From an uncultured Clostridia bacterium (GTDB lineage: Bacteria > CAYTYR01 > UBA6262): a DNA stretch of 64,000 bases. Below, in pieces: positions 30,211 to 40,009 of the stretch (positions within the stretch are counted from its first letter, which is position 1; each line of letters begins with the position of its first letter). Below the pieces are notes generated by a model. It was not told the DNA's origin and did no database searches. It saw nothing but the letters and a program-made list of their open reading frames with translations. The stretch is taken from the NCBI GenBank assembly GCA_964441745.1, contig CAYTYR010000004.1:1-64000 (forward strand). Direction: 5' to 3'. Position numbers and translations under genes: made by a program.

Positions 30211-30341
30211 CAGTTTTGAGTTAGAAGTTTTGAGTTATGAGTTATAAATTGAGGTGTAATCACCATAATTCATAATTCTCCGCCTTTAAGCTTGGCGGAT
30301 CCGCCTCAGGCGGAAAAACTCAAAACTCAAAATTCAAAACT
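30211..30341. repeat. Heptamer-repeat hairpin (AGTTTTG)n ... (CAAAACT)n with nested CCGCC/GGCGG palindromes
   Basis: Left arm 30211-30250, right arm 30263-30341, interrupted at 30279-30314. Confidence 0.85.
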
Positions 30342-30361
30342 TCTTGAGGAGTTTACAGAGA

Positions 30362-32101
30362 ATGGTATTGTTGAAGAAGACGGGAACACACAAAAGATTA
30401 GGGGAAATGCTGGTTGAGACCGGTATTATCACCAGTGAACAATTGCAGGAAGCCCTGGAAGAGCAGAAAAAAAGCGGCGGGAGGCTGGGCCAGAATTTAA
30501 TGGCGCTCGGCTATATCACCGAGGATGTGATGGCGGCTTTTGTCGGCAAACAGCTGGGAATTTCCTATGTTTCATTAAGCGAGTACGGGGAAATTCCCGT
30601 CGATGTTACCAAGATCGTGCCGGAAAATATCTGCCGGCATCAGACCTTGGTCCCGATCTCGATGGAAGATAATATCCTGACTATCGCCATGGCTGATCCG
30701 CTCAATGTTTTTACGGTAGATGACCTGCGGGTGATGACCGGATATGAAATTAAAGTGGTGATCTCTTCAGAAGCAGAGATCAAGCAGGCTATTGAAAAAT
30801 ATTACGGGAACAAAGGATCCATGGAAGATATTTTAAAAACCATGGATGATGGTAAAGGCGGCGGTACCCTGGAGGTCGTGACACAGGAGGAAGAACAGGT
30901 TGATATCGCTTCCCTGGAAGCGGCCGGCGAGGAAGCCCCGGTAGTGAAGATAGTGAACCTGATACTGACCGGCGCGGTTAAATCAGGAGCCAGCGATATT
31001 CATATCGAACCGTTTGAAAAATCATTGCGCACGCGTTATCGTATAGACGGAGTTTTGCACGAAATATCATCGCCGCCAAGAAGATTGACTTCAGCTATAA
31101 CCTCACGTATAAAAATTATGGCCAATCTGGATATCGCGGAGCGGCGTTTGCCGCAAGACGGCCGGATCAAGGTGAAAGTGATCGGCAAAGAAATTGACTT
31201 GCGCGTTTCCATTCTGCCCACGGCTTTTGGCGAAAAAGTGGTAATGCGTATTTTGGATGCCTCGTCATTGTGCCTGGACCTGACCAAGCTTGGATTTGAG
31301 CCGGATGTTTTGCCTATTTACCAGAAACATATCGAAATACCGTACGGGATCTGCCTGGTGACCGGGCCGACCGGCAGCGGAAAATCTACCACTCTTTATT
31401 CATCCCTCAGCACTCTCAATTATCCTGACCGTAATATTATGACCATTGAAGACCCGGTCGAATATGTTTTGGAAGGAATTAACCAGGTGCAGGCAAAACC
31501 GGATATCGGTTTGACGTTTGCGGCGGGCTTACGGTCCTTCCTGCGGCAAGACCCGGACATCATCATGGTCGGTGAAATCCGTGACGCGGAAACAGCGGAA
31601 ATCGCTATTAATGCGGCCCTGACCGGCCATTTGGTCTTTTCCACCCTGCATACGAATGACGCGTCTGGCGCGGTTACCCGCTTGACTAATATGGGCATTG
31701 AACCGTTTTTAACCGCTTCTACCGTGGTGATGGTTATTGCCCAGCGTCTGGTCAGGGTGATCTGCGAAAATTGCAAAGAGGATTACCAGGTGCCAGCCCA
31801 ATTCATCCGGGATCTTGGCCAGAAATATGAAGATGATAAGCCTGTCCTTTTATATCGCGGTAAAGGCTGTGAGCGTTGTACCAACACTGGTTACCGCGGC
31901 CGGTTGGCTGTTTATGAGATCATGATTATCGACGACGAGATCAGGGACTTGATCCTGGAAAGGGCGTCCACCCATCTGGTCAAGCAAAAATCCCGCGAGC
32001 ATGGCATGATCACTTTACGTGATGCTGCTTTCCGCAAGGTGCTGGCAGGAGTCACGACTGTTGAGGAAATGATGCGCGTCACGTTTGCCGACGCGGCCTG
32101 A
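30362..32101 (+). CDS. pilB: Type IV pilus extension ATPase PilB
   Basis: N-terminal RLGEMLVE.G.I (MshEN-like), ASDIHIEP, GPTGSGKSTT, RQDPD, CxxC..CxxC. Confidence 0.95.
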   Translation: MVLLKKTGTHKRLGEMLVETGIITSEQLQEALEEQKKSGGRLGQNLMALGYITEDVMAAFVGKQLGISYVSLSEYGEIPVDVTKIVPENICRHQTLVPISMEDNILTIAMADPLNVFTVDDLRVMTGYEIKVVISSEAEIKQAIEKYYGNKGSMEDILKTMDDGKGGGTLEVVTQEEEQVDIASLEAAGEEAPVVKIVNLILTGAVKSGASDIHIEPFEKSLRTRYRIDGVLHEISSPPRRLTSAITSRIKIMANLDIAERRLPQDGRIKVKVIGKEIDLRVSILPTAFGEKVVMRILDASSLCLDLTKLGFEPDVLPIYQKHIEIPYGICLVTGPTGSGKSTTLYSSLSTLNYPDRNIMTIEDPVEYVLEGINQVQAKPDIGLTFAAGLRSFLRQDPDIIMVGEIRDAETAEIAINAALTGHLVFSTLHTNDASGAVTRLTNMGIEPFLTASTVVMVIAQRLVRVICENCKEDYQVPAQFIRDLGQKYEDDKPVLLYRGKGCERCTNTGYRGRLAVYEIMIIDDEIRDLILERASTHLVKQKSREHGMITLRDAAFRKVLAGVTTVEEMMRVTFADAA

Positions 32102-32107
32102 TCAATA

Positions 32108-32242
32108 CAGTTGCTGGTTACTAGTCGCTAGTTGAAATGCAGTCGCTAGCTGCTAGTTTCTGGCTGATGGGTTTAAAGGTTATTAGTAGAGACCAGAGAC
32201 CAGGAGCTGTTTTTAAGACCAGCGACTAGAAACTAGCGACTT
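32108..32242. repeat. Heptamer-repeat hairpin (AGTCGCT/TGCTAGT)n ... (ACTAGCG/ACCAGAG)n
   Basis: AGTCGCTAGT left arm pairs with ACTAGCGACT right arm. Confidence 0.8.
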
Positions 32243-32261
32243 ATTTAAGGAGCTTTCTAAC

Positions 32262-33329
32262 ATGATAACAATGGACGAACTGTTACGCTTGATGTATAAA
32301 AAGGGAGCCAGCGATCTGCATCTTACCGTAGGCACCCCGCCGCAGCTCAGGATCGATGGCGAACTGATCAAGCTGGAGTATGAAGAGCTTACTCCTGACC
32401 TGTCCCAACGGCTGATTTACAGTATTCTCAGTGATAACCAGAAAGAAAAATTTGAAAAATCCAATGAATTGGACTTGTCGATCGGCGTTAAAGATGTCGG
32501 CCGCATCAGAATGAATGTTTTCCGCCAGCGCGGGCATATCGGAGCAGCGCTCCGTTCCATCCCCAATAATATCTCCACGTTTGAAGATTTGCGTCTGCCA
32601 GCAGTGATCGGAGATTTCGTAAAATTGCCTAAGGGCCTGGTTTTGATCACCGGGCCGACCGGCAGCGGCAAGACCACAACCCTGGCCTCGATTATCGATT
32701 ATATCAATGAAAACCGCCATAGCCATATTGTGACTATCGAAGACCCCATCGAATATGTGCATACCCATAAGAATTGTATCGTGAACCAGCGTGAAGTAGG
32801 CAGCGATACCCATTCCTTTGTCCAGGCTTTGAAATATGTGTTAAGGCAGGACCCGGATATTATTCTGATCGGCGAAATGCGCGACCTGGAAACTATTTCC
32901 GCGGCCCTGACTATTGCGGAAACCGGCCATTTGGTATTTGCCACTCTGCATACTACCGATGCGCCCCAGTCGATTAACCGTATTATTGACGTCTTTCCGC
33001 CGCACCAGCAGACCCAGATCAGAGCCCAGTTGTCATTCGTCTTGCAGGGAGTCATATGCCAGCAGCTTATTCCCAAAGCCAGCGGTTCAGGCCGGGTCAT
33101 GTGCTCAGAAGTTTTAGTGGTCACACCGGCGATCAGGAATTTGATCCGGGAACAGAAAACCCAGCAAATCCCCCTGTCTATGCAGACCGGCGCGAAATAC
33201 GGCATGCAGACCATGAATTATGGTTTATATGAACTTTATTCCAAACATATTATCACTTATTCCGAAGCGATGACGCATACGCTGGATGCTGAAGACCTGC
33301 AAAGATTGTGCAAGGAATCATTTAAGTAA
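32262..33329 (+). CDS. pilT: Type IV pilus retraction ATPase PilT
   Basis: ASDLHL, GPTGSGKTTT, QREVG.DT, AIRNLIRE. Confidence 0.97.
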   Translation: MITMDELLRLMYKKGASDLHLTVGTPPQLRIDGELIKLEYEELTPDLSQRLIYSILSDNQKEKFEKSNELDLSIGVKDVGRIRMNVFRQRGHIGAALRSIPNNISTFEDLRLPAVIGDFVKLPKGLVLITGPTGSGKTTTLASIIDYINENRHSHIVTIEDPIEYVHTHKNCIVNQREVGSDTHSFVQALKYVLRQDPDIILIGEMRDLETISAALTIAETGHLVFATLHTTDAPQSINRIIDVFPPHQQTQIRAQLSFVLQGVICQQLIPKASGSGRVMCSEVLVVTPAIRNLIREQKTQQIPLSMQTGAKYGMQTMNYGLYELYSKHIITYSEAMTHTLDAEDLQRLCKESFK

Positions 33330-33400
33330 AAAATGATTACAGAGATTAGAAAAATAGATTACACAGATTGTTTAGTGGTTAGAAGAATTTTATAGGAGGC

Positions 33401-34648
33401 GTGCCGATGCCTAAGTACAAGTACAAAGTTCGTGCTGCGCAAGGCGGGGAAATGTCCGGAGTAATGGAAGCCAAGATCCAGAAAGATGTGGCGGACAAGC
33501 TCAGGCAACAGAAATTTATTATTCTCTCGATCGAAGAAGAAAAGCAGAATATGGCCAGCGCCCTGATCGAGGCGCTTCCTTTTATGAAAAAGGAAAAAGG
33601 CAGAAGGGTAAAGGCCAAAGACCTGGTGCTGTTCAGCCGCCAGCTTTCCACGCTGGTCAGCGCGGGTGTGCCCATTGTCCAAGGATTAGCCATCCTGGTA
33701 GAACAAATAGAAAGTAAAGTATTCAAGCAGGTGATCAGCGATGTTAAAACTGATATCGAAGGCGGTCTGTCCATTGCTGATTCTATGGCAAAATACCCCA
33801 CTGTTTTTGACGAATTATATGTCGGCATGATCCGCAGCGGTGAAACCGGCGGCGTGCTCGATGTTATCCTGGAACGGTTATCCGCATACCTGGAATCCAC
33901 TGCCAAGCTAATCGGAAAAGTCAAGAGCGCCATGGTCTATCCGACGCTGGTCAGTCTCGTCGCGATCGGGATCACGGGTTTTATGTTAGTGGCGGTTATC
34001 CCGACCTTTAAGCAGGTATTTACGGCTTTTGGCGGCGAGTTGCCTATGCCGACCCAGGTACTGATCTCAGTCAGCGAATTTGCCAGAAAATATTTCATGA
34101 TTTTTATCATTGCCATAATAGTGGGTGTGTTTGCCCTGCGGCAATATATTAAAACTGAAAAAGGAAGCAGGGTTTGGGATAGTTTCCTGCTCAAACTTCC
34201 TGTTTTCGGACCCCTGATCCGTAAAGTGGCTATTGCCAAGTTTTCCCGCACCCTGGGGACCTTGATTAAAAGCGGCGTGCCCATCCTGGATGCCATCAGC
34301 ACTACCGGGAAAACCGCTGGCAACAAGATAGTCGAAGACGCGGTCATGAATGCGCGCGAAAATATCCGTGAAGGTGAAAGGATCGCCGCGCCCTTGAAAG
34401 AAAGCGGGGTCTTCCCGCCCATGGTGACCCAAATGATCTCAGTCGGGGAAGAAACCGGCGCTTTGGACAATATGTTAAATAAAGTGGCTGATTTTTATGA
34501 CCAGGAAGTAGATGTCGCGGTCAGCGGCCTGACCAGCATGATCGAACCGCTGATTATTGTCGTCATGGGCGTGGTGATCGGCGCCATGGTTATTGCCATG
34601 TTCATGCCTATCTTCGAATTAGGCGAAGTCGTGAGTAAAGGAACCTGA
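33401..34648 (+). CDS. pilC: Type IV pilus platform protein PilC
   Basis: FSRQLSTLVSAGVP, GETGG.L, AMVYP, GEETG.LD.ML, IEP. Confidence 0.96.
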   Translation: MPMPKYKYKVRAAQGGEMSGVMEAKIQKDVADKLRQQKFIILSIEEEKQNMASALIEALPFMKKEKGRRVKAKDLVLFSRQLSTLVSAGVPIVQGLAILVEQIESKVFKQVISDVKTDIEGGLSIADSMAKYPTVFDELYVGMIRSGETGGVLDVILERLSAYLESTAKLIGKVKSAMVYPTLVSLVAIGITGFMLVAVIPTFKQVFTAFGGELPMPTQVLISVSEFARKYFMIFIIAIIVGVFALRQYIKTEKGSRVWDSFLLKLPVFGPLIRKVAIAKFSRTLGTLIKSGVPILDAISTTGKTAGNKIVEDAVMNARENIREGERIAAPLKESGVFPPMVTQMISVGEETGALDNMLNKVADFYDQEVDVAVSGLTSMIEPLIIVVMGVVIGAMVIAMFMPIFELGEVVSKGT

Positions 34649-34685
34649 GCCAAAGGACGAAGAAAAAGCCTGGTATAGAAATGTC

Positions 34686-34714
34686 TTGACACTAAGAGTA
34701 AACTGTGTTATTTT
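34686..34714 (+). promoter_or_regulatory. Sigma70-type promoter of the major pilin
   Basis: TTGACA-17 nt-TATTTT with TG extension. Confidence 0.6.
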
Positions 34715-34751
34715 GAGATAAGGGAATGCAAGATATTAAAAACGAGGGGGG

Positions 34752-35270
34752 GTGAAAAATATGATGAGATTTTTCAGAAGCAAAAAGGGCTTCACCTTGG
34801 TAGAATTGATGATCGTGGTAGCCATTATTGGTATTTTGGCTGGTATAGCTATCCCGCGTTATATGAACTTTATTAGAAGGTCCAGGGAAAGCGCAACCAA
34901 AGGTAATCTTGGCGCCGTCCGTTCAGCGATGAATATTTATTACAGTGACCAGGAAGGTATTTTCCCGGCCAAAGGTACATCAGGCGTTAACTCAGCAAAT
35001 TGCGGGATAAGAATCGCTCCTTTTATCGGTACTGGCGCTGATAATTATCTTGATGCTCTTCCTAATGTGACGGAAGACTGTGGTAATGCAACTCATAAGG
35101 CTAATGGAATTGCGATTCAAGTTGACGCTCGGGATTATGGTACAGCCACAGCACTAGATGGCGGTTGGGGATATCAGACTACAAATACAATCTATTCAAC
35201 CAGTTCAGCAAGGTTTTATGTAGATTGCAGTCTAAGAGATACAAAACAAGCTGTTATTAGTACTTGGTAA
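34752..35270 (+). CDS. pilA: Type IV pilin, probably the major pilin
   Basis: [23 protein letters not shown]; has its own promoter and downstream hairpin. Confidence 0.88.
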   Translation: MKNMMRFFRSKKGFTLVELMIVVAIIGILAGIAIPRYMNFIRRSRESATKGNLGAVRSAMNIYYSDQEGIFPAKGTSGVNSANCGIRIAPFIGTGADNYLDALPNVTEDCGNATHKANGIAIQVDARDYGTATALDGGWGYQTTNTIYSTSSARFYVDCSLRDTKQAVISTW

Positions 35271-35296
35271 TCTGATGTAATGTTCATGCTTACAAT

Positions 35297-35326
35297 AAAT
35301 GGGTTGGGGGTAACCCCAGCCCATTT
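35297..35326 (+). terminator. Hairpin/terminator between the pilin and pilD
   Basis: AAATGGGTTGGGG gtaa CCCCAGCCCATTT. Confidence 0.75.
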
Positions 35327-35344
35327 AGCATAAAGGAGAATATC

Positions 35345-36139
35345 ATTTTCGTTGAAGCGGTAATCGTCTTCTTATTTGGCCTTCTTTTTGGCAGTTTTGC
35401 CAATGTCTGCATCTACCGTTTACCGCGTAATGAATCTATTGTCTTTCCTGCTTCCCATTGTCCGTCTTGTAATAAACCGATTCACTGGTATGATAATATC
35501 CCGGTTTTAAGTTTTGTGCTCTTGCAGGGTAAATGCCGTTCCTGCCGCGCGCCGATCTCCTGGCGTTATCCATTAGTGGAATTGATCACCGGGGTCATAA
35601 TTTTAGAAGTATTCCTGAAGTATCATTTTACTTTCGATTTTTGGATGTACGCCCTGGTCTGCCTGGTCCTGGTGATCAGCACCTTTATCGATTTTCAGGA
35701 GCAGATAATACCGGATGAACTGAGCTATGGGTTAATGATAGCCGGCACTATCTTCAGTTTTTTTAACCGGGAATTATTTTTACAGATTATTTTTTATTTC
35801 CCCCTGGCGTTGAACCGCCTGGTGGCCAGCTATGTTGGCCTTCTGGTCGGCGGAGGTATCCTGTATTTTATTGCCTGGATCAGCCGGGGCGGCATGGGTG
35901 GGGGAGATATTAAACTGGCGGCCGGATTGGGAACATTTTTAGGGTGGGAATACACGCTCATTATGTTAGGATTGTCTTTTTTAGCCGGCGGGGTCACCGG
36001 GATCATTTTGTTGGTCACAGGCCTGAAAAAAAGAAAAGACCCGATTCCTTTCGGGCCATTTATCGCGGCGGCGGCTATTACCGTGATCTTGTTTGGAGAA
36101 CCAATTTCGGCCTGGGTCTCGGCTCGTCTTTTTGGGTAG
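35345..36139 (+). CDS. pilD: Prepilin peptidase / N-methyltransferase, probable ATT start
   Basis: In-frame GSFANVCIYRLP..SHCPSC..WYDNIP upstream of the ORF-track start; GKCRSC, YPLVE, GMGGGDIKL, PFGPF; AAGGAG 6 nt before ATT at 35345. Confidence 0.9.
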   Translation: MFVEAVIVFLFGLLFGSFANVCIYRLPRNESIVFPASHCPSCNKPIHWYDNIPVLSFVLLQGKCRSCRAPISWRYPLVELITGVIILEVFLKYHFTFDFWMYALVCLVLVISTFIDFQEQIIPDELSYGLMIAGTIFSFFNRELFLQIIFYFPLALNRLVASYVGLLVGGGILYFIAWISRGGMGGGDIKLAAGLGTFLGWEYTLIMLGLSFLAGGVTGIILLVTGLKKRKDPIPFGPFIAAAAITVILFGEPISAWVSARLFG

Positions 36140-36145
36140 GATAAC

Positions 36146-36700
36146 CTATTCCATCCAAAGAATAATGGAATAGTCGTCTGCGCCAATGCCAGGAACAACG
36201 CTAAACCCCTGGGAATCAGGGGGCGAGGCATTTTTAGTGGCTGGCAGATAGGGGTTAGCAACGGCGTAATGAGGTGTGGCTCCGTTATTGCCATTAGGTC
36301 CCTGGCAGACAATAGCGGAAAAACTGCTTGGGCTCATATTATAATTCCGGTAGATATATCGATGTCCCCAGGGGTCATCTGGTACAGACAAAACATAAGG
36401 ACCATGCCAGCCAGGTTCGCCATTGTCAATCATTAAGGTGTTGTTCCAATCTGTATTGTCAGGGTTGGTAATGCCCAGCGCATCGCCGTTACCAAGCGGA
36501 GCCGGCAATTGGCCAGTATCGGCAAGATATGATTTCAATCCAAGCCGCAGTGACATCATCTGGCTTTTAGCTGAGTTAATTTTATTGTTTTTAAAAAATT
36601 TACCGGAGAAGAAGCTATAAGACATCGCTCCGATCACTGAAAGTATGCCGATCACCATGAGCAGTTCTACCAGCGTATATCCTTTAGTTGATATTTTCAC
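36146..36700 (-). CDS. GspG-like pseudopilin on the opposite strand
   Basis: GTG start after GGAGG; KG|YTLVELL; WHGPY..VPDDPWGHRY.Y T2SSG-like motif. Confidence 0.85.
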   Translation of the reverse strand: MKISTKGYTLVELLMVIGILSVIGAMSYSFFSGKFFKNNKINSAKSQMMSLRLGLKSYLADTGQLPAPLGNGDALGITNPDNTDWNNTLMIDNGEPGWHGPYVLSVPDDPWGHRYIYRNYNMSPSSFSAIVCQGPNGNNGATPHYAVANPYLPATKNASPPDSQGFSVVPGIGADDYSIILWME

Positions 36701-36743
36701 AGTGCCTCCAAAGCAATGATTAAGCTGCGCCAACAGTAATACA

Positions 36744-36850
36744 TAATTAACATTATTTAAATTAGATGTCAAGTAAAACCGGTCGGATTGGGCTAAGGTA
36801 CAGATAATAGTATTTATTGAATTGACAAAATATATCTAATATGATAATTT
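36744..36850. promoter_or_regulatory. Divergent sigma70-type promoter pair
   Basis: Minus strand TTGACA (36772-36767)-17-TAATTA; plus strand TTGACA (36822)-17-TAATTT; both with TG extension. Confidence 0.55.
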
Positions 36851-36895
36851 AATATAAGGGAGCTACTTGATTTTCGCTTGGTCAGGAAAGTACTT

Positions 36896-37450
36896 ATGAT
36901 AAAAAAAAGAAGCCGCTTTTTAACCAATATGGGGATAACTTTAGTGGAGCTGTCTATCGCTGCCGCTGTTTTATTCATTGCTATTTTGCCTTTGTTTTTA
37001 CTGCTCAACCGGACGGTAAAAGAAGTGATGTTTTACAATCGTTCTACCGCGGCGACGAAATTGGGGCAAGACTTAATAGAAGAAATATTGAGCATGCCAC
37101 AATGGGATGAAAATGCCGCGCCTGGGAAAGCTATCGCTTTAGGCAGTGCCACTGCCGCAGGATCATTAGGTGCTGACGCCGGTGAGCCACCGTTTGACGA
37201 TATTGATGATTATAATGGTGTTAATGATGACCAAACCTCTGGATCTGGATCTAAATTCCATCGCCGGGTAGTCGTGGATTATGTTGCTATCGCTGACGGT
37301 AATGTCACTATTAATGATATTGCCGCAGGAGCGCCGACTGACTACAAGCGTGTTCGGGTGATAGTTACCTGGCCTCAGCTTGATACTAATTTTCAGTACA
37401 GAAAACCAGTAGAAATAATGACTATAGTCGCCAATGTTGATAAATATTAA
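36896..37450 (+). CDS. Minor pilin, PilV-like
   Basis: MG|ITLVELSIA; A..LGQD.IEEI; KRVRVIVTW. Confidence 0.8.
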   Translation: MIKKRSRFLTNMGITLVELSIAAAVLFIAILPLFLLLNRTVKEVMFYNRSTAATKLGQDLIEEILSMPQWDENAAPGKAIALGSATAAGSLGADAGEPPFDDIDDYNGVNDDQTSGSGSKFHRRVVVDYVAIADGNVTINDIAAGAPTDYKRVRVIVTWPQLDTNFQYRKPVEIMTIVANVDKY

Positions 37451-37456
37451 GGCCTA

Positions 37457-38509
37457 ATGATGACTACTCCTAATGATAAAGGTATAACCTTAGTTGAATT
37501 GTTAATCACTGTGACCATCTTGGGAGTGCTCTATATCGGACTTTCCGGGTTGATCAAAAATATCAGCCTGGCCTACAGGAAAAATACGACCCAATTAGTC
37601 TTGCAGGAAGAAGCCAGGAGCGCCATGCATTATATTACCCAGGAATTGCAAAGCTCCCGGGCCAGTTCCATTGGTATGGTGGGACCATTTGATAATGTCT
37701 CTCCTACAGATGGGGGCATTAATACCAGTTTTGAATTTCCTTACGGTTCTGATCATCCTAACGGGTGGGGAAGTTTAAGTCCTGGTTTTATCGAAAAAAC
37801 ATCTTCTATTGGCGGTCCGCGTAGCGGTTTATATAGTATCTGCCTCAATCCTCTGGCTGTGGCCACTACATCTTATATTAGTGATAATTTCACGGTTGGC
37901 AGCACAGGACAATATCAGTTAGCGGTTTGGGCTAAAACTGCCGCTGGCGCAAATGCCTCGATACAAATTGGCCTCACGACCAGGAATCTTAATCAAACGC
38001 TAAACTGGCAGTGGGAGCATCATTATCTTAATCTTAATTATCTGCTCAATGCCGGCGTTAATTACAATATTACCCTGCGTAACCTGGCAGCAGGCACGTC
38101 GGTATATTTTGATGATATCTCTGTGTCCACGGGGACTATTGTCATGTCTGCTCTGACCGGGGGAACCACCGTAGTATTTCAAAAATCAATTGAAGCCCAC
38201 AATAAGGTACGCCGAATCCGTTATGAACCACCAACTCTGACTGGTAATAATTATAAAGGGATAGAAAAACGGGGCAAACTTTATCTGGAACAATGGAATG
38301 GCGGGAATATGTCCAATAATATCTCCTGGGACCGTATCGAACCTAATCCTTTATGCCAGTATGTCAATAGATTTACTATTACTAATAATATAGCTCAGCG
38401 GCGTTTTGATATTAGTTTAGAACTGGAAAATGATGAATCTAATGCGGCTGAAAATACAAGTATGCGCCGGTTTAACAGCCAGGCCAAAGTGACACCTTAT
38501 TTGCCCTAA
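37457..38509 (+). CDS. Minor pilin, PilW-like, with an inserted carbohydrate-binding-module-like domain
   Basis: KG|ITLVELL; LQEEARSAM..ITQELQ; insert NTSFE..PNGW..SGLYS..VWAK..VYFDDISV. Confidence 0.78.
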   Translation: MMTTPNDKGITLVELLITVTILGVLYIGLSGLIKNISLAYRKNTTQLVLQEEARSAMHYITQELQSSRASSIGMVGPFDNVSPTDGGINTSFEFPYGSDHPNGWGSLSPGFIEKTSSIGGPRSGLYSICLNPLAVATTSYISDNFTVGSTGQYQLAVWAKTAAGANASIQIGLTTRNLNQTLNWQWEHHYLNLNYLLNAGVNYNITLRNLAAGTSVYFDDISVSTGTIVMSALTGGTTVVFQKSIEAHNKVRRIRYEPPTLTGNNYKGIEKRGKLYLEQWNGGNMSNNISWDRIEPNPLCQYVNRFTITNNIAQRRFDISLELENDESNAAENTSMRRFNSQAKVTPYLP

Positions 38510-38520
38510 GGGAGCAGATC

Positions 38521-38868
38521 ATGCGATTGAGAAAAAATTGGCAGGAATTAAAAGATCAGCGGGGAGCAGCCATTGTTTCCGTAATGGTCATTATTATTTT
38601 TATCTCCGGCGTAGTAATCGGCCTGATGTTCTGGCTCTGGTCAGAATCAAAAAGATCGACCCAAATAAAAGCGCAGACCAAAGCTGTTTATCTGGCTGAA
38701 GCCGGCACGCAAAAAGCGCTATGGCGCCTGAAAAATGAAAGCCAGGACACTAACGAACCCTATAATATGTTTATTGATTCAATCACTGCAACAGGAGATG
38801 AGGACAATTTTACACTGGTCTTCCCTGGTACTGGGACGGTTACTGTGACAGTGCGAGAGATAAACTGA
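38521..38868 (+). CDS. Short PilX-like minor pilin (115 aa)
   Basis: QRG|AAIVSV (no Glu5); KAVYLAEAGTQKALWRL PilX N-terminal signature. Confidence 0.82.
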   Translation: MRLRKNWQELKDQRGAAIVSVMVIIIFISGVVIGLMFWLWSESKRSTQIKAQTKAVYLAEAGTQKALWRLKNESQDTNEPYNMFIDSITATGDEDNFTLVFPGTGTVTVTVREIN

Positions 38869-38904
38869 TTATTGCTTATAATTATATTCGGGAGGCATGA
38901 CAAT

Positions 38905-39981
38905 ATGCAGCCAGGTAAAGCGTTTTATGCCCGTATAGGTATCGGTATTATTATTGCCGTTTTAGTCGTTGGCCTGGTGGCTGGATTCAAAGCCTATCAA
39001 AGATGGCAAGCCAAACAGGCCTCACTTCGTTTTGCGAAAGCAGAAGTGCTTTATCATAATAAAAAGTATCAAGAAGCGGTCAAAGAGTACGAGTTCGTAG
39101 CGACAAAGTATTCCCGCACTGAACCTGCCCCTGCCTGCTGGTATCAAGCAGGTTATATTTATCGCCATTTTTTACTTAACGATACTGCCGCCGCCAAAGC
39201 CCTGCAAAAATTGCTGGCCAAATTTCCCCAGACCCAATACCGGAAAGAGGCTTTACTCTTGTTAGCAGATGTTTACGCCCGTTTAAAGCAATATAAAGAG
39301 CAAAACGAAACCATTAACCATTTTTTAAAAGAATTCCCAGGTACTGTAGATGAAGATGTCCTGCGCCTGGAATTGGCCAAAGGATTTTTGGGACAAGGCA
39401 TGAACAAAGAAGCCATAGAACAAACAGCTTTGATTAAAAATAAGGAATCTGCTATCGTCAGATTTAGCCAGGAATATTATCAGTTGTTAAGTATGCAGGA
39501 TCCTTTGAATCCACAACCACATCTGGAACTGGCCCGTATCTATAAAGGTATGGGGTTACCGAACAAGGCAGCGATTGAAAACGAGACGGCTAATTGGCTC
39601 AAGAAGAGCGCGGCGTCGCTAAAAGCGGCACAGCAGAAAGTCCCAGCACCTGTCAATTATGTACGAGGTCCCATTCAGAAAGAGGTTTCTCCCAAGACTG
39701 CGATATCGCCGCGGGAGGAAAAATTATATATTGCCTATCTGACAGCGCAAAATAAATCTTGGCGGTCAGCCATGTTTGAAAAGAGCCAGAGCCTGGGTAC
39801 CCCGGCAAGCGAACAGCAAACCAAGGCTTTTGGTGATAAAATACAACAATATGAGAAAGAATGGTGGTCTGACTGGTACGCTAAAAATCAAACCAGTTAT
39901 GATGAATGCGAAGAGATCAGATTAAAAGTTGTCAGTGACCAGGGATTGGCTAGACAATTGAACGAGAAAATTGAAAAATAA
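38905..39981 (+). CDS. Membrane-anchored TPR protein (BamD/YfiO-like repeats)
   Basis: N-terminal TM; TPR-type Y.EA..EY, A...LQKLLAKFPQT.Y..EA repeats. Confidence 0.75.
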   Translation: MQPGKAFYARIGIGIIIAVLVVGLVAGFKAYQRWQAKQASLRFAKAEVLYHNKKYQEAVKEYEFVATKYSRTEPAPACWYQAGYIYRHFLLNDTAAAKALQKLLAKFPQTQYRKEALLLLADVYARLKQYKEQNETINHFLKEFPGTVDEDVLRLELAKGFLGQGMNKEAIEQTALIKNKESAIVRFSQEYYQLLSMQDPLNPQPHLELARIYKGMGLPNKAAIENETANWLKKSAASLKAAQQKVPAPVNYVRGPIQKEVSPKTAISPREEKLYIAYLTAQNKSWRSAMFEKSQSLGTPASEQQTKAFGDKIQQYEKEWWSDWYAKNQTSYDECEEIRLKVVSDQGLARQLNEKIEK

Positions 39982-40009
39982 CCAAATAACCAAATAAAGG
40001 ACATATGCC

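Noticed and set aside
28624-30340. Absence of rsmD before coaD and of ackA after pta
   Set aside because: Common rearrangements; cannot be judged from one window
34960-35270. Pilin variable region as a DGR target or recombination cassette
   Set aside because: No template repeat, reverse transcriptase or silent pilin copy seen in the window
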